Assembly (NCBI RefSeq): GCF_009914755.1
Contig: NC_060936.1
Strand: one strand, 5' to 3'
Source of the DNA: the human T2T-CHM13v2.0 reference genome, Homo sapiens
Length of the DNA: 64,000 nucleotides
Part shown: one piece after another, positions 16,708 through 36,396 of the stretch
Layout: each line of letters begins with the position of its first letter
How positions within the stretch are numbered: position 1 is the first letter of the stretch
The notes under the pieces: model-generated
The model's input: the letters and a program-made list of their open reading frames with translations, nothing else
Told to the model about the DNA's origin: nothing
The model's database searches: none
Program-made: the position numbers and the translations under genes

Positions 16708-16814
16708 TCCTGGGGTGCATATTAAACATAGGCTACATTAACTCTATCCCAGAAATACTGACTCAGAAGCAGTAAAAATGATAACTCGAAATTACATTTA
16801 CAAAATATCTAGGT

Positions 16815-17037
16815 CAAGCTTGTCCAACTCACAGCCCATGGGCCATATGTGGCACAGGACAGCTTTGAATGTGGCCCAACATCAATTTGTAAACTTTCTT
16901 AGAACATTGTGAGATGTTTTTGTGATTATTTTAAACTTCATCAGCTGTCATTAGTGTTAGTGTGTTTTATGTGTGGCCCAAGACAATTCTTCTTCTTCCA
17001 CTGTGGCCCAGGAAAGCCAAAAGATTGGACACCCCTG
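16815..17037 (-). mobile_element. MER30 hAT-Charlie nonautonomous DNA transposon
   Basis: Termini caagcttgtccaa and ttggacacccctg; 8-bp TSD atct(a/g)ggt. Confidence 0.88.
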
Positions 17038-17650
17038 ATCTGGGTGATTCTTGACAGTCAAAGCTTTGAAAATTATTGATATGATAGATTTAAGTCCGAA
17101 ATACTATCCTGGCAAACAGGGCCCTTTGTGCTTTCACCCTTCAACCTCCTCAAACTTATTGTTGACTTTACTTTCATCAGCACACAAAAATATTAGTTGT
17201 ACCACATTTTTGAATTGTTCAAAAATGTAAGTGCTATCTTTTATTGAGTGGTAAATAGTTCTAATAGCATATGTTTACTGAGCAATGAGGTATGGGGTAC
17301 ATTTCTCCCACTTTACATATGGAGAAACTAACACATAAAAAGTGTGCATGATCTGCGCAGTGTTCCAGAGTGTGTAGAAAAGCTTTTACTGAACCTAACT
17401 GAATATCTTGAAGCCATTTTCTAATAATGAGGTATACTAATTCTCCAAATGCATGCGGTTATCTAATACCTGTGTTATTTGCATATATTTATATCTCAGT
17501 CATCTTTCCTTATGCATATTTTAGCATAATTATTACTTTCTCTTGAAAGGCTTCCCTTATCTCCAAAATTCCATGGAAGCCATCCTCTCTGCCCCATAAA
17601 TGTTTTTGTAGATCTTTATTACAACACTAATTAGATGCTGTATATCAATA

Positions 17651-17991
17651 CAGTCATGTCCCACGTAATAACATTTTGGTCAATGACAGACTGCATGTAC
17701 AATGATGGCCCCATAATATTATAATACCATATTTTTATTGTACCTTTTCTGTGTTTAGATATGCTTAGATGTATAAATACTTACCATTGTGTTACAATTG
17801 CCTATAGTATTTAATACAGTAACATGCTGTACCAGTTTGCAGCCTAGAAACAAGGGCTATACTATATGGCATAGGTGTGTAGTAAGCTATACAACCTAGG
17901 TTCCTGGAAGTACACTTGGATGTTTGTACAACAGAATCACCTAGCGATACATTTCTCAGAAGTATCCCCATTGTTAAGCAATGCATGATCC
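17651..17991 (+). mobile_element. Tigger3a/MER7A-like TcMar element
   Basis: cagtcatgtcccacgtaataacattttggtcaatgac start, terminal inverted similarity, TA flanks. Confidence 0.82.
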
Positions 17992-18475
17992 TATTTTGTT
18001 TATGTGTTTATGTCCTTTAAACAATGAAAGCTTCTTAAAGGTACCGATTGAATCCTTCACAATGTCTGCAATAACATAGATTACAATAAATATATGGTGA
18101 ATTAGTTATCAAATTACATATGCCAAGTTACATTTATACAAGGCATATTTTATTCAAAGTCGTGGTTTCTGAAAAGTGATATGCCATAAAGAGGTGTTAT
18201 TTAAAAGTTGGATTAAAGAATCGAGGAAAGTGATTGTAGTAGTGTGAAACATTTCATGAGAAAGAATATAATGTAAGAGTGGAACTGAGCTATAAAGTTC
18301 TTCAAGAGACTACCCTATGTGAGATAACTCTTAAGGTGGGAGAACATGATCAAAATAAATGTATAAAACATGTTTTCCAGTTTTTCTTCCTTATCAGTTA
18401 TCAGTTATAGGATAGTCTCTTGAAGAACTTTATGGCTCAGTTCCACTCTAACTTTCTTCGATTCCTTAATCCAAC

Positions 18476-18804
18476 TTTTTTTATATTTATTTTTATTTAT
18501 TTATTTATTTATTTATTTTTTGAGACAGAGTCTCTCTCTTGTCGCCCAAGCTGGTGTGCAGTGGCACCATCTGGGCTCACTGCAACCTCCACCTCCCGAG
18601 TTCAAGCTATTCTCTTGCCTCAGACTCCTGAGTAGCTGGGATTACAGGCACTCTCCACCACGCCCAGCTAATTTTTGTACTTTTAAGTAGAGACGGGGTT
18701 TCACCATGTTGGCCAGGCTGGTCTCGAACTCCTGACCTCAGGTAACCACCCTCCTCAGCCTCCCAAAGTGCTGTGATTACAGGCATGAGCCACCATGCCA
18801 GGCC
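18476..18804 (-). mobile_element. AluS SINE just downstream of the OR6C6 stop codon
   Basis: Antisense dimer with (TTTA)n tail; 14-bp TSD gttttccagttttt at 18372-18385 and 18805-18818, enclosing an extra ~90 bp. Confidence 0.93.
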
Positions 18805-18847
18805 GTTTTCCAGTTTTTATGGTAAAGTTGTAATTTGTAGCAGATTC

Positions 18848-19792
18848 TTAAAATGGTCTTTTAGAAAAACACAAATTCTTTTGTAATACATCCCAGAAGA
18901 CTTCTTTCACCTGCTGGTTTCTGAGAGTATAAATGAAGGGATTTAGTAAAGGGGCAATTGAGGTATAGAGCAAAGCTACACCTTTGGATACAGTCACTCT
19001 TTCTTTTGCAGATGGTTTAATATACATAAAGATACAGCTACCATATGTCATGGAGACAACAATCATGTGGGAAGTACAGGTGGAAAATGCTTTGTTCCTT
19101 TGCTGTGCAGAAGAGAATTTCAGAATGGTCTTAATAATGCAAGTGTAAGAGAGAATCACTAATACCAGTGTGACCACAAGTGTCACCACAGCTAAGGTAA
19201 AAGACATCAATTCTAGGACATGGGTATCTGTGCAGGAGATCTGCAGAATAGGAGAAGTTTCACACATAAAGTGGTCAATAGTTTTGGAAGCACAAAAATC
19301 CAGCTTGAGTCCCATGACCAATGGGGGAAATATGATTAAGAATCCAGTTACCCAAGAGCTAAGTACAAGTTGGTAGCAGACTTTGCTGCTCATAATGATT
19401 GGATAATGCAGTGGTTTGCAGATGGCAACGTAGCGGTCATAGGACATGGCAGCCAGGAGGTAAAACTCAGTAACTCCCGGTAAAAGGATAAAAAATAATT
19501 GAGTTGCACAATTATTATAAGAAATGGTTTTGTCTCTAGTCACAATGGTTATCAAGAATCTAGGAATACACACTGTTGTGAATATTACTTCCAAAAAGGA
19601 GAAATTACGGAGAAAGAAATACATTGGCGTCTTGAGCCGGGGATCCAGCAGGGTGAGGATGATGATGATTAAGTTCCCCATCAGGCTCAAGGTGTAGTTG
19701 AGAAATAGAAACAGGAAAATCACAATTTGCAACTGTGGGTCATCTGTCAATCCTAGGAGAATGAACTCTATTTCCATTGATTTGTTCTTCAT
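18848..19792 (-). CDS. OR6C6: Olfactory receptor 6C6 (class II OR, 7TM GPCR), 314 aa
   Basis: Intact ORF with N-glycosylation site [50 protein letters not shown]; protein recognised. Confidence 0.95.
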   Translation of the reverse strand: MKNKSMEIEFILLGLTDDPQLQIVIFLFLFLNYTLSLMGNLIIIILTLLDPRLKTPMYFFLRNFSFLEVIFTTVCIPRFLITIVTRDKTISYNNCATQLFFILLPGVTEFYLLAAMSYDRYVAICKPLHYPIIMSSKVCYQLVLSSWVTGFLIIFPPLVMGLKLDFCASKTIDHFMCETSPILQISCTDTHVLELMSFTLAVVTLVVTLVLVILSYTCIIKTILKFSSAQQRNKAFSTCTSHMIVVSMTYGSCIFMYIKPSAKERVTVSKGVALLYTSIAPLLNPFIYTLRNQQVKEVFWDVLQKNLCFSKRPF

Positions 19793-19817
19793 TTCTCTTT
19801 TGTGATCCTTATCAAAT

Positions 19818-20878
19818 CTACATAGAAAGGGAAAAACAAAATTTATACATATATATACATATATGTATTTCTAAAGCAGAAAAAATATATCTTTTTAAAT
19901 TTATCCATGTGCAAATGGTTTCTCCAGCCTGAAATTGTAGATGACACATAATTACATACCATAGGTGAATTCAAAATTTGCTCTAATCTACTAGTTCTCT
20001 TTATAATATTCCTCACAAAGTTTCTTCCAGAACTTGAATAATATATACTTTTGGTAAATATGAATTTTAGCTTATCACTGTCAGATGAACTCTACTCTGC
20101 ATTTGTAATTTAAACAAAATCATATTAATATTTTAAATTTTTTTCTCTATTATTTCTAACATATCTGTACAAATTATACTATTAGTTTGTCTTTTTATAA
20201 CGAGTATGAGGATGATGTTTCAAAACCAGGATTTAGGGTTAAATTATAATTCCTGTACTGATCAATGACTATGGCAGCACTGATGCAATAAATAGTTAAA
20301 GATCCTCATTTCAATAGTTTTGATATTTTATTTGCATTGAGAATACACCATATTATTAACATTATTTTTATTGGCACTTTTCTATATTCAAATCAACAGT
20401 CGTTTAAGAGCTTATGGGACAAACAAATGAAAACATGATAAAATAAAGAAGTTATATATTTTAATAAAAAATTGTGTCTTCTTTTCAATTAACCTTTTTG
20501 AAATGTCATTTTATTAGTGTGGCTACATAATTTCGGCTATTTTTTACTTCCTCCATATTCTTTATAACACCATTGAAAATCCCTGAAGACATATTACTTT
20601 CTATCCTTTCTACATATAAGAATTCTATTTAGTCCCAGTTTGTAATATTTTTCTGTTATATTAAATGCGTCAGTCTACTTCATTATATTGATGCAACAGT
20701 ATATGAATAAAACAGATTACAACACTCATTAGTATATAACTATAAAATTAATGTACTATTAAAACACATTTATAAAGCATGAAAATTCAGTAGCCAAATT
20801 TAACTCCATGAGTTGCACTTACTGTACATTTGCCTTAATTTCTGATTTTAGACTAAGTTAAAATTATAGTTGACTTAC
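19818..20878 (-). other. Predicted 5'UTR intron of OR6C6
   Basis: Minus-strand donor AAG|GTAAGT at 20878; acceptor tttttccctttctatgtAG ending at 19818, 25 nt before the ATG. Confidence 0.6.
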
Positions 20879-21339
20879 CTTTTTTGGATCTATTATTCAT
20901 TTCTTTCTGTGTGCACGGAAGAGATGCATGCTAACATAATTAGTGACAATTCTACTCATTTTATGACCACATTTTATTATCCAATAGGCACATTTATTAC
21001 CAATGATTTTTGTGGGGAGAGGCAATGTGTACGTATTGTGTTTCTGTAGAGAATTTCCACATTTCCTCAACTTCATCCTCACTATAAAGATTGATACTCA
21101 GATATTAATAATTTTAATGGACATCTATCTTTCATTCCAAGTAACTTAAACTTTGTGAAATTTTGTTATTACAATTGAGATTGCCAACACTCAAAGCCTC
21201 AAACAAGATAGACATATATTCTTTGAAATAAAATAAGATTGGGAAGTGAAAATTAAAATCAAGAAATTATTTGATGAAAGATAAACAATTATTGCAAGAA
21301 AGAGATATTCTATATTACCAATTGTGCATTTATAAAATG

Positions 21340-21510
21340 CTGCAATTTTATCGTTTTTACTTACTATAGACTCAAGGGAATCTATTGAAATAAAACAAAG
21401 ACAAACTTTTCTCTGGGGGTCAGTGTTACAGAAGCACTAATTATCAGCAATAAAAGACACCACTCTAGGCTACTTTAGCTGAAGAAAAAGTATCCCAGAG
21501 GAATATTGTA
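21340..21510 (-). promoter_or_regulatory. Candidate OR6C6 promoter with O/E (EBF)-like and homeodomain (TAATTA) sites
   Basis: ctcaagggaa (~21370), ttctctgggggt (~21410), ctaattatc (~21437), atcccagagga (~21492); conserved with the block at 5770-5890. Confidence 0.55.
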
Positions 21511-21609
21511 AGTGATTTAGAAAAATCAATGAGATATTTAACAGTAACATCAGCAGTTCACTGTCCAGGGCAACATCGGACCATCTCAAACTGGTTTACA
21601 CATATATCG

Positions 21610-21940
21610 GAATAAACTACTGATACATAAAAAACAAGAATCTTAAAAATGGTATGCTAAGTGAAAGAAACAGATACAAATGATTTATAATCATATAAAA
21701 GTACTATATGGTTTCATTTATATGATTCTGGAAAAGACTAAACTACGGGAACAGATATTTGATCAGTAGTTCCAGAGGCAGAAAATTAGCTACAGAAGAG
21801 ATTAGCTGCAGAAGTTCCCGAAGGGAACTTTTTAGGATAATGAAAATGTTTTGTATCTTGATTGTGGGGGAATTGCATGACTATATATATTTGGCAAAGC
21901 ACATCAAATGATGTACCCACAAAAGGTGAACTTTTTCATT
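21610..21940 (+). mobile_element. Old L1M (MD/ME-like) 3' fragment
   Basis: atgctaagtgaaagaaacagatac; gaaaatgttttgtatcttgattgtgg. Confidence 0.6.
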
Positions 21941-22042
21941 AAATTCAAACTCGTTCATTAACCATTAAAATTATTTCGATATTATTTGCCTCTTTTTTAA
22001 CAGGCTATTTAGAAGACTACTTAGGTCTACACTGGCCCATAA

Positions 22043-22125
22043 GATAGATATATATTAGATATAGATATAGATACAGATATAGATATAGATATAGATATAT
22101 AGATATAGATATAAATAGAAATATA
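22043..22125. repeat. (ATATAG)n microsatellite
   Basis: Tandem atatag units. Confidence 0.9.
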
Positions 22126-22372
22126 TGGAGACACAGAGAAGAGAGTTGATTTTATACATGCTATATCAACAATGATGCATTGAACGTGGGAGTGCAGATA
22201 TCAATTTGAGATCCTGGTTTCAATTCTTTTGGATGTGTACCTAGAAGTGGGATTGCTGGATCTTATGATAGCTCCATTTTAATGTTTTTCCCCATGACTG
22301 CACTGTTTTCCATTCCCAACAACAGTGTACAATAGTTCTAATTTCTCCACATTCTCCCGAACAATATCTTTT

Positions 22373-23185
22373 ATTTTAAAAGGAAAACATTTATTTTAGG
22401 TTCAGAGGTACATCTGCAGGTTTGTTATATAGGTGAATTGCATTTCATGGGGGCTTGGTGTACAGATTATTTTGTCACCCAGGTAATAAACATAATACCC
22501 AACAGGGAGTTTTTCAATCCTCACCCTCCCCCTACCCTCTACCCTCCAGTAGGCATTGGTGTCTGTTGTTACCTTCTTTGCATCCATGTGTACTCAATGT
22601 TTAGCTCCCAGTTATAAGAGAACACAAGGTATTTGGTTTTCTGTTCCTGCATTAGTTCACTTAGGATGATGACCTCCAGCTCCACCCATGTTGCTGCAAA
22701 GGACATGATCTTGCTCTGTATTTATGTCTGTGTAGTATTTCATGGTGTATATGTACAACATTTTCTTCATCCAGTCTACCGTTGATGGGAATTTAGGTTG
22801 ATTCCATGTCTTTGCTATAATGAATAGTGCTACAATGAGCATACACATGCATATATCTTTATGGTAAAACAATTTGTATTCCTTTGGGTATTTACCCAAT
22901 AATGGGATTGCTAGGTCAGTGCTGGGATAACTGGCTAGTCATATGCAGATGGAAACCACATCCCTTCCTTACACCATATACTAAAAACAACGCAAGATGG
23001 ATTGAAGACTTAAATGTAAAACCTAAAACTATAAAAACCCTGGAGGATAACCTAGGAAATAACACTTTGGACATGGGCCCTGGCAAAGATTTAATGATGA
23101 AGACACCAAAAATAACTGGAACAAAAACAAAAATTGACAAGTGGGACCTAATTAAATTAAACAGCTTCTGCACAGCAAAAGGAAC
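22373..23185. mobile_element. L1PA/PB insertion with 5' inversion (minus 22373-22917, plus 22918-23185), nested in an older antisense L1 (~22150-23570)
   Basis: Antisense 3'UTR then sense CWDNW...CTAK segment; tatctttt repeated at 22365-22372 and 23186-23193; host L1 resumes afterwards. Confidence 0.85.
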
Positions 23186-23287
23186 TATCTTTTGCTTTTT
23201 GATGATAGCCATCCTAACAGATGTGAGGTGGTATCTCATTGTTGCTTGGATATGCATTTCCTGATAATTGTGATGCTGAAGATATTT

Positions 23288-23305
23288 TCAAATGCTTCTT
23301 TGTTA

Positions 23306-23342
<37 letters not shown>
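23288..23342. repeat. (GT)n microsatellite
   Basis: Pure GT run. Confidence 0.95.
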
Positions 23343-23345
<3 letters not shown>

Positions 23346-24444
23346 GGAGAAATGTATAGTCAAGACCTTTGCCCATTTTCTAATTGAGTTATTATTTAGG
23401 GTTGTTTACCTAAATTTAAGGTTGTTATTCAATTGTAGAAGTTTCATTTATATTTTGGAGATTAATCTTTCATTGCGGTTTTACAATTTACAAATACTTT
23501 CTCCAATTCCATAGGTTGCCTTTCCACCTTATAGATTGTTTGCTTTCCTGTGCAGAAGATTTTTATTTTATACATATATGTATATGTATAGCCATTACAA
23601 ATAGCATAGAATAAAATCAGAGTGAAGGGAAAGTAACAAAGTTATGTATTAATTTCATACACTATATGACCTTATGATAAATAATGTATATGTGCTTTTA
23701 CTTGTGTATATAAGAGATAGTGATGTTAAGTTTATTATATAGTGAATGGGCCAAATAAGTTTGAAATTGTAGACTAACAAGATTTGTTTGATTTTACATG
23801 TTATATTTTGAATAAAGTTGGAACTCTTCGTAAGAGCAAACAAATAAATTATCTTAGTCGATAATCCCTATGCAAAACAGCATCAAGGGAATGGCCAAAA
23901 GAAGAAAAATATTTTCTATTTTTTATAGACAGGCTACATATCCTAAATTTTTATGAGTTTTTGTAGTAAATAAATCATCGAGGATGAAATCTTCTATAAT
24001 GAAATTGTAATGATAAGAATAATGTGTCAGCTTCCCTTTTGTATTTTAATAAATTTTAGAACTTTAGTCACTGTGAATTTAGGAATATGATTCTACACAA
24101 TACCATCATGAACATATAACCCTGTTTTGAACAATACAAAGAGCAGTGTACATCCTACCATTTCACCAAAATGTTTGATTGTAATAAAAACAACCCTGGA
24201 CTTTCAGTCAATGAACTTGGGTTAACATACTGATTCTGCCTGATACTAGGGATAATGGCACTCACTTAAATACTAATATTCAATTTTAGTATATCTAAAG
24301 TAAGCAAAATTACCTCCCATATTTTCTGCTCCTATGGATTATTGATTATATTTACATTATTATAGGCTCTCCAAGATTGATATTTTTGATGGTAAACCCT
24401 TTCTCTATCTTCATGTCTCACTTTTGTAGTCAAGCAACTAATAT

Positions 24445-25510
24445 TTTTCAAGGGAAGATGAAGCATTCACCAAAATAGGTCAAATTCTGGACCATAAAGT
24501 GACAATTTGCATTCTCAGGCCACAATAAAATTAAGCAAGAAATCAATAATGCAAATACATTAGAAAATCCACACATATTTGGAATTAAACAATACAATTC
24601 TAAATAACTTATGCATGAAAAAGAAAGTCTCAAGGGAAAAATAAAATTATCTTAAGCTACATGAAAATAAAAAAATACCATATCAAAAATTTGGAACTAG
24701 AAGTAAAACAGTGCTTAGAGAGAGAAATTTACAGCATTAAATGCACATTTGGGGAAAAATTAAATTATACAGTGACATATACATATATATACACACATGC
24801 ATATGTATGTGTGTACACATGATTAAATGTATACAATTGAAATCAGAACATTATTTCCACCTCAGAAAATTAAACAAGGAAGAGCAAATTAAACGTACAG
24901 CAAGCAGAGGGGGAGAAATGACAAACATTACAACAGAAAGTAATAAAATAAACAGAAAAACAATAAAGAAAATAATAAGTCCAAAATCTGGCTTTTAAAA
25001 AATATCCAGGGAATTTATCAACATCTAGCAAGACTAGGTAAGAAAAACCTTAAAAAGACAAAAACACCAATATCAGGAAGGAGGGAAAAGGCATAGCTAT
25101 GATCCCCCAGTGCATTACAAACAATGCATGCCCATGAATTTGATAACTTACGTGAAATGGACCAATTCCTAATAATATAAAGACTAAAACTCACTGCAGA
25201 ATGCATAGTAAATTCAGCATCCCTGAGTCTATTAAAGAATTAGAATGTGTAGTTAAAAACCTTCCAAAAATAAAATATGAAGCTCAGATAATTTCACTGA
25301 TTAATGTTACCAAACTTTTAAGGAATAAATTAAAACATATGTACACACATCTTCCAAAAAACAGAACAGTAGAGAAACATACCAACTTATTCTGAGGCTA
25401 GCATTACCCTAATTTGAGAGTAGAAAAATAAATTACAAGAAAAGGAAACTACTATAGCCTTATATCTCTCACGAGCATAGATAACAAAATTCTTGATGAA
25501 ATTTGATCAA
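24445..25510 (+). mobile_element. Old L1M ORF2 fragment
   Basis: gaaatttacagcattaaatgcac, gaaatggaccaattcct, gaggctagcattaccctaat. Confidence 0.7.
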
Positions 25511-25513
25511 TAT

Positions 25514-27200
<1,687 letters not shown>

Positions 27201-27494
27201 TTTTTGATCAATAATTCAAGTATAGTGATTTGTAAAAAGGATAATGCATCAAAATGAAGTTTTGTGTTGCAACATCTCTATGTGAAACTGCATACATAAA
27301 TATGAATTAACCAAGGCCCTTGTCAGAGTTAGGTAGCTTTTTAATAGAAATGAAAATATGTAGAAATAATTGCAAATGAGTAAGGTGACAGTAGGAATTT
27401 AGAAGAGCAGAAAAGAGAGTGACTAATCCTGGCTTTGCAAACAGGGAATATTTCATAGATTACCTGATATTTAGATGAAACTTTAAAGAAAACT

Positions 27495-27562
27495 GTGTGA
27501 GTATGGGTTGGAGTGTGCGTGTGTGTGTATGTGTGTATGTGAGAGAGAGAGAGAGAGACAGA
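27495..27562. repeat. Compound (GT)n(GA)n repeat
   Basis: Seen directly. Confidence 0.85.
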
Positions 27563-28528
27563 GAAATAAAGAGATTGCCTCACAGTCACAAGAAATGGTG
27601 AACAATTTGATGAGGTCGGAGCAAAGGTTGCACAGAGCCTATGCTCTAGAAAATATATCATGCACATAGTTAATTCCCTAACAGTCATAAAAGGAGAAAT
27701 AACTACTTCCCCAGTTCTCAGTTATATATTTCATTTGTATTAAATGTAAAAGAATATTCATATAAACTTGAGGTAAGTAGGAAAGAATGTCCTAAGAAAA
27801 ATAGGCCACCAAGAACTCATGACAAACTGTCCAAACTTTTTGTGTTGAGACACATAATTAAAAAGTTAAAAAATAAGGATAGGCTCTGAAAACCTGTTGC
27901 AATGGATAAGACACACCAATAGTTTCTATTCATAATACACAAGTATCTCCTGTTCATAAATAAGACAATAAATCCAATGGAAAGTGAAGACGGGTTATTA
28001 ATAGGCAATTCCTAGGGAAGAAATACAAATATTAAAAATATTCAACCTCTATTAATTGGTGAATATGAAATTTAAAAATATATAACATGTATATACCAAG
28101 AATTGCTGTACCATTACTACTCTGCTAAGCACTTTTATCCATTATCTCATTCAAACTCTATAATATTCCATGACCTTGGAGTATTGGTCTTCCCCTTTTA
28201 TAGGCAAGGAAATTGATGCTCAGAATGGTTAAATAAATTTTGCAACTTTAAAAGGAATTTGTTCTTTTTAACCTCAAAACCCAGGCCCTATGATCTGGAC
28301 TTTATGATACCATCTTTATCATTAAATGAATTGTGATATCATTTTTATGCCTCTGCTTATAAAACTTTCAAGTGATTTATAATATCCAGTGTTGGTTAGG
28401 ACGCACTGAAAAGAATTGATTCGTGTCTATAGGAGGGAAATGTTGAAGTATCCATCAAAATTTAGCACTTATTTGTATGTTATACCAAAACTTGTACATA
28501 TGCAAATGAATGCATAAGAATGTCCTGT

Positions 28529-33730
<5,202 letters not shown>

Positions 33731-34384
33731 AAGAATGTCCTGTGGCATTGTAACTAATGAAAATAGTAACAATAAAATTCCCTAAATTTTAATCAATAAT
33801 ATTATTCAATTACATACAAGTATTTCTCTGGTATTCTATGCAATTGATACAAAAGGATGACTCTGTTTAGATAACTTGAGAAGGAATGACATTCATTATT
33901 TCTGGTTAACTAAAAAAAAGAAAAAAATACACAGTATCTTCTGTAATAAAAATTGCATAACTGTACAAAAAAGACCTCTTCTCCCTGAATGTGTTACTGT
34001 GACTGTTTATTGATGAATATACAGAACAATACCTGGTAGAACATATTATAAATGTTTAATACTGGCTTATTTTAAAACTGGTTTATTTGAAAATGAAGGT
34101 TTGGTTGGAAACATAAGGACCATTCCATGTATCATGATATACTCTTGTGACACTTGATTCTCATAATCTTAATCATAAATTAGTTTTAAAATTAAAAATG
34201 AAATGCTGAAGTTTTAAATATTTTTATGATTTTTTATAATATTAGAATGCTTTATTTAGTCATTCATTCTGCTCAATGCATATAGAGATGTGTGAATGAA
34301 TAAAGCATTGTTGGTACTACCCTCAAAGAGTGATCCACTGTTGAGTAGTTCAGCTCTGGAATTAACCAGCCCCGAAAGGAATGG

Positions 34385-34630
34385 AGAATAAATTATCTCC
34401 TGAGTGTAGACTCTGAGTGCCATGTGCGTATTAGGAAAATTAAGCATAGCCAAAAGGAAGGCAGTTTCATTGTATAAGCTGATTGGTACATCTTTATCTT
34501 GTTACATTGCTTGGCTTTCCAGAATGGTATGTGATGACTCATTACTTCTCTTGAATGTATCTCTCCATGCATCCTTCCTTTCTTCACTCTAGTCTCTCAG
34601 GGATCTATACGGTGACCAGAGAAGGTAAAA
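34385..34630 (+). promoter_or_regulatory. Candidate promoter/exon 1 of the second OR6C pseudogene
   Basis: aattatctcctgagtg (34391), gtctctcagggat (34592), donor-like aag|gtaaaa (34625). Confidence 0.35.
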
Positions 34631-36396
34631 TTGTGATATCTTTGTTTACTATTCAATCTTTATCTTATTCAGAGACCTTTGAATGGTTTTATCTTCCAAT
34701 TTCTTAAATAAATATTCCCTGAAAATTTACTTAAAGTCTCAGAATTACAATAGTAGCTTCTTGGAGTTCAGGCCAGAGCAACATGTACATTTGTATGCAA
34801 AGCTAAAAGATAAATTTATTTTTACTAATAACAGAGGCTGCTAAAAATCTTACATGTAATTCAGCCTATATTTTCTCAGTGTGAGGGATTTTTATGTAAT
34901 GGAGACAAGGGTAAACTAAACGACAAAAAAGTCTCCTGAAATGTATTATAAATGCATTATATTTCATATTTTAAATAAAACAAGAAAAATCTATAATTAT
35001 GTTTATGACTACATAATTAGACCTACCAAAAAGTATTTTTCTTATTTGTCAATAAATAGACAAATTTTTATCTTTTTTATCCAAAAGTTAATTTTGTTGG
35101 AATAAATACCAGGGATTCCCAAATTATCACTTTAACATCTTTACTACTATTAATTTTACATTTAATATGTTTCAGCATTGTTCAAGTCACAGTAACAATC
35201 TCTGTCTTTTGATCTGCCAGTTTTGATGATATGCTAATGACCAAGTGTGTATTTTCTTGAAAGAAAAGAATGCTAATTGACAGAAGAATAAAACAAAAAG
35301 TAGGAAAAAATGTACAGTAACAGCTTTGATACTTATCATCTCCTGAGTGGCTCAGTTCGTGCTACAGAAAGAAGGTAATACAACAAATATTCAGAACTCA
35401 TATCACAGACAGAATGCCATTTGCTAAGGATAAGGAGAGAACAAGACAGATAAAGGTCATGTAGATCACATTTTAGAGATTTGTGGTTTCTATAAAGAAA
35501 ATCCTACGTAAAATTTATTCAATTATTTAGTCTTCAAAAAAGGAGACCATGTGATTTTATGGCATCAGAAAAACTCCCTTGTGAGTTGCTTCTTGTCATC
35601 AGGCAAGTTTAAGATTAAAAAGATTAAGTTAATATAGTTTTTTTTAAAGTCAATTTTTATTTTAAATAACAAACATGAAAATTATATACATGGATCATCA
35701 GTATGTTGTAGAATGATATTATTGAACTCCATCTATGTGACAATCAATTTCTCTGGCTTGTGTTTTCTTTCCCATAAGTTAAAAACTTTCGTTTGCAACC
35801 ACAGCAACTCTAGTCTTATATTTCTGTGACTGCAAACACATTTATTTTTGTTGATCATATTTAAAAGAATATAAGTTAAGGATAAAAATAATAATAGCTA
35901 CTATTAAGCTCAGAAATTGTGATTAGGTAATAAATTTATACCAGTAAAATTTATGTTTGTAAATAACATTGGAATTCAAACTAAAAATCAGATATTTCAG
36001 TCCTAAAAACACTGGAAACTGAAAAACCATATGTAAAAATAAAAATGACATATATAATTTTAAAATATTGCTGTAGAGATCTGTAATTCAAAGATATATT
36101 GCACATGTAGAAGATTTTATTAGATGAAGAGGTTTTATATAAAGTCACCAATAAGAAGACTTTTCATATATGTGAATACGTGTTTTCATTTTAATAGAGG
36201 CTATGTAGAATTTTTCTGCTTTAATAGGAATAAGTGGATATTACAAAAATTACTACAAGGAAAGACATCCATTGCTTCATGTCACTGAAGCCAGTTATTA
36301 CAAATATTTAAATTTTAATTCCTTTACATTTCACTTATTCTTTTTGTGTGTTTTATTTTTCGCCAGCGGATCTTCTTGAAAGAAAAAAATCTCAGC

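Noticed and set aside
18230-18277. The segment skipped in the inverted copy starts near GT and ends near AG, suggesting a spliced-RNA template
   Set aside because: The actual junction (gaaagt-t-agagtgg) does not match GT-AG excision, and the segment is too short for a normal intron.
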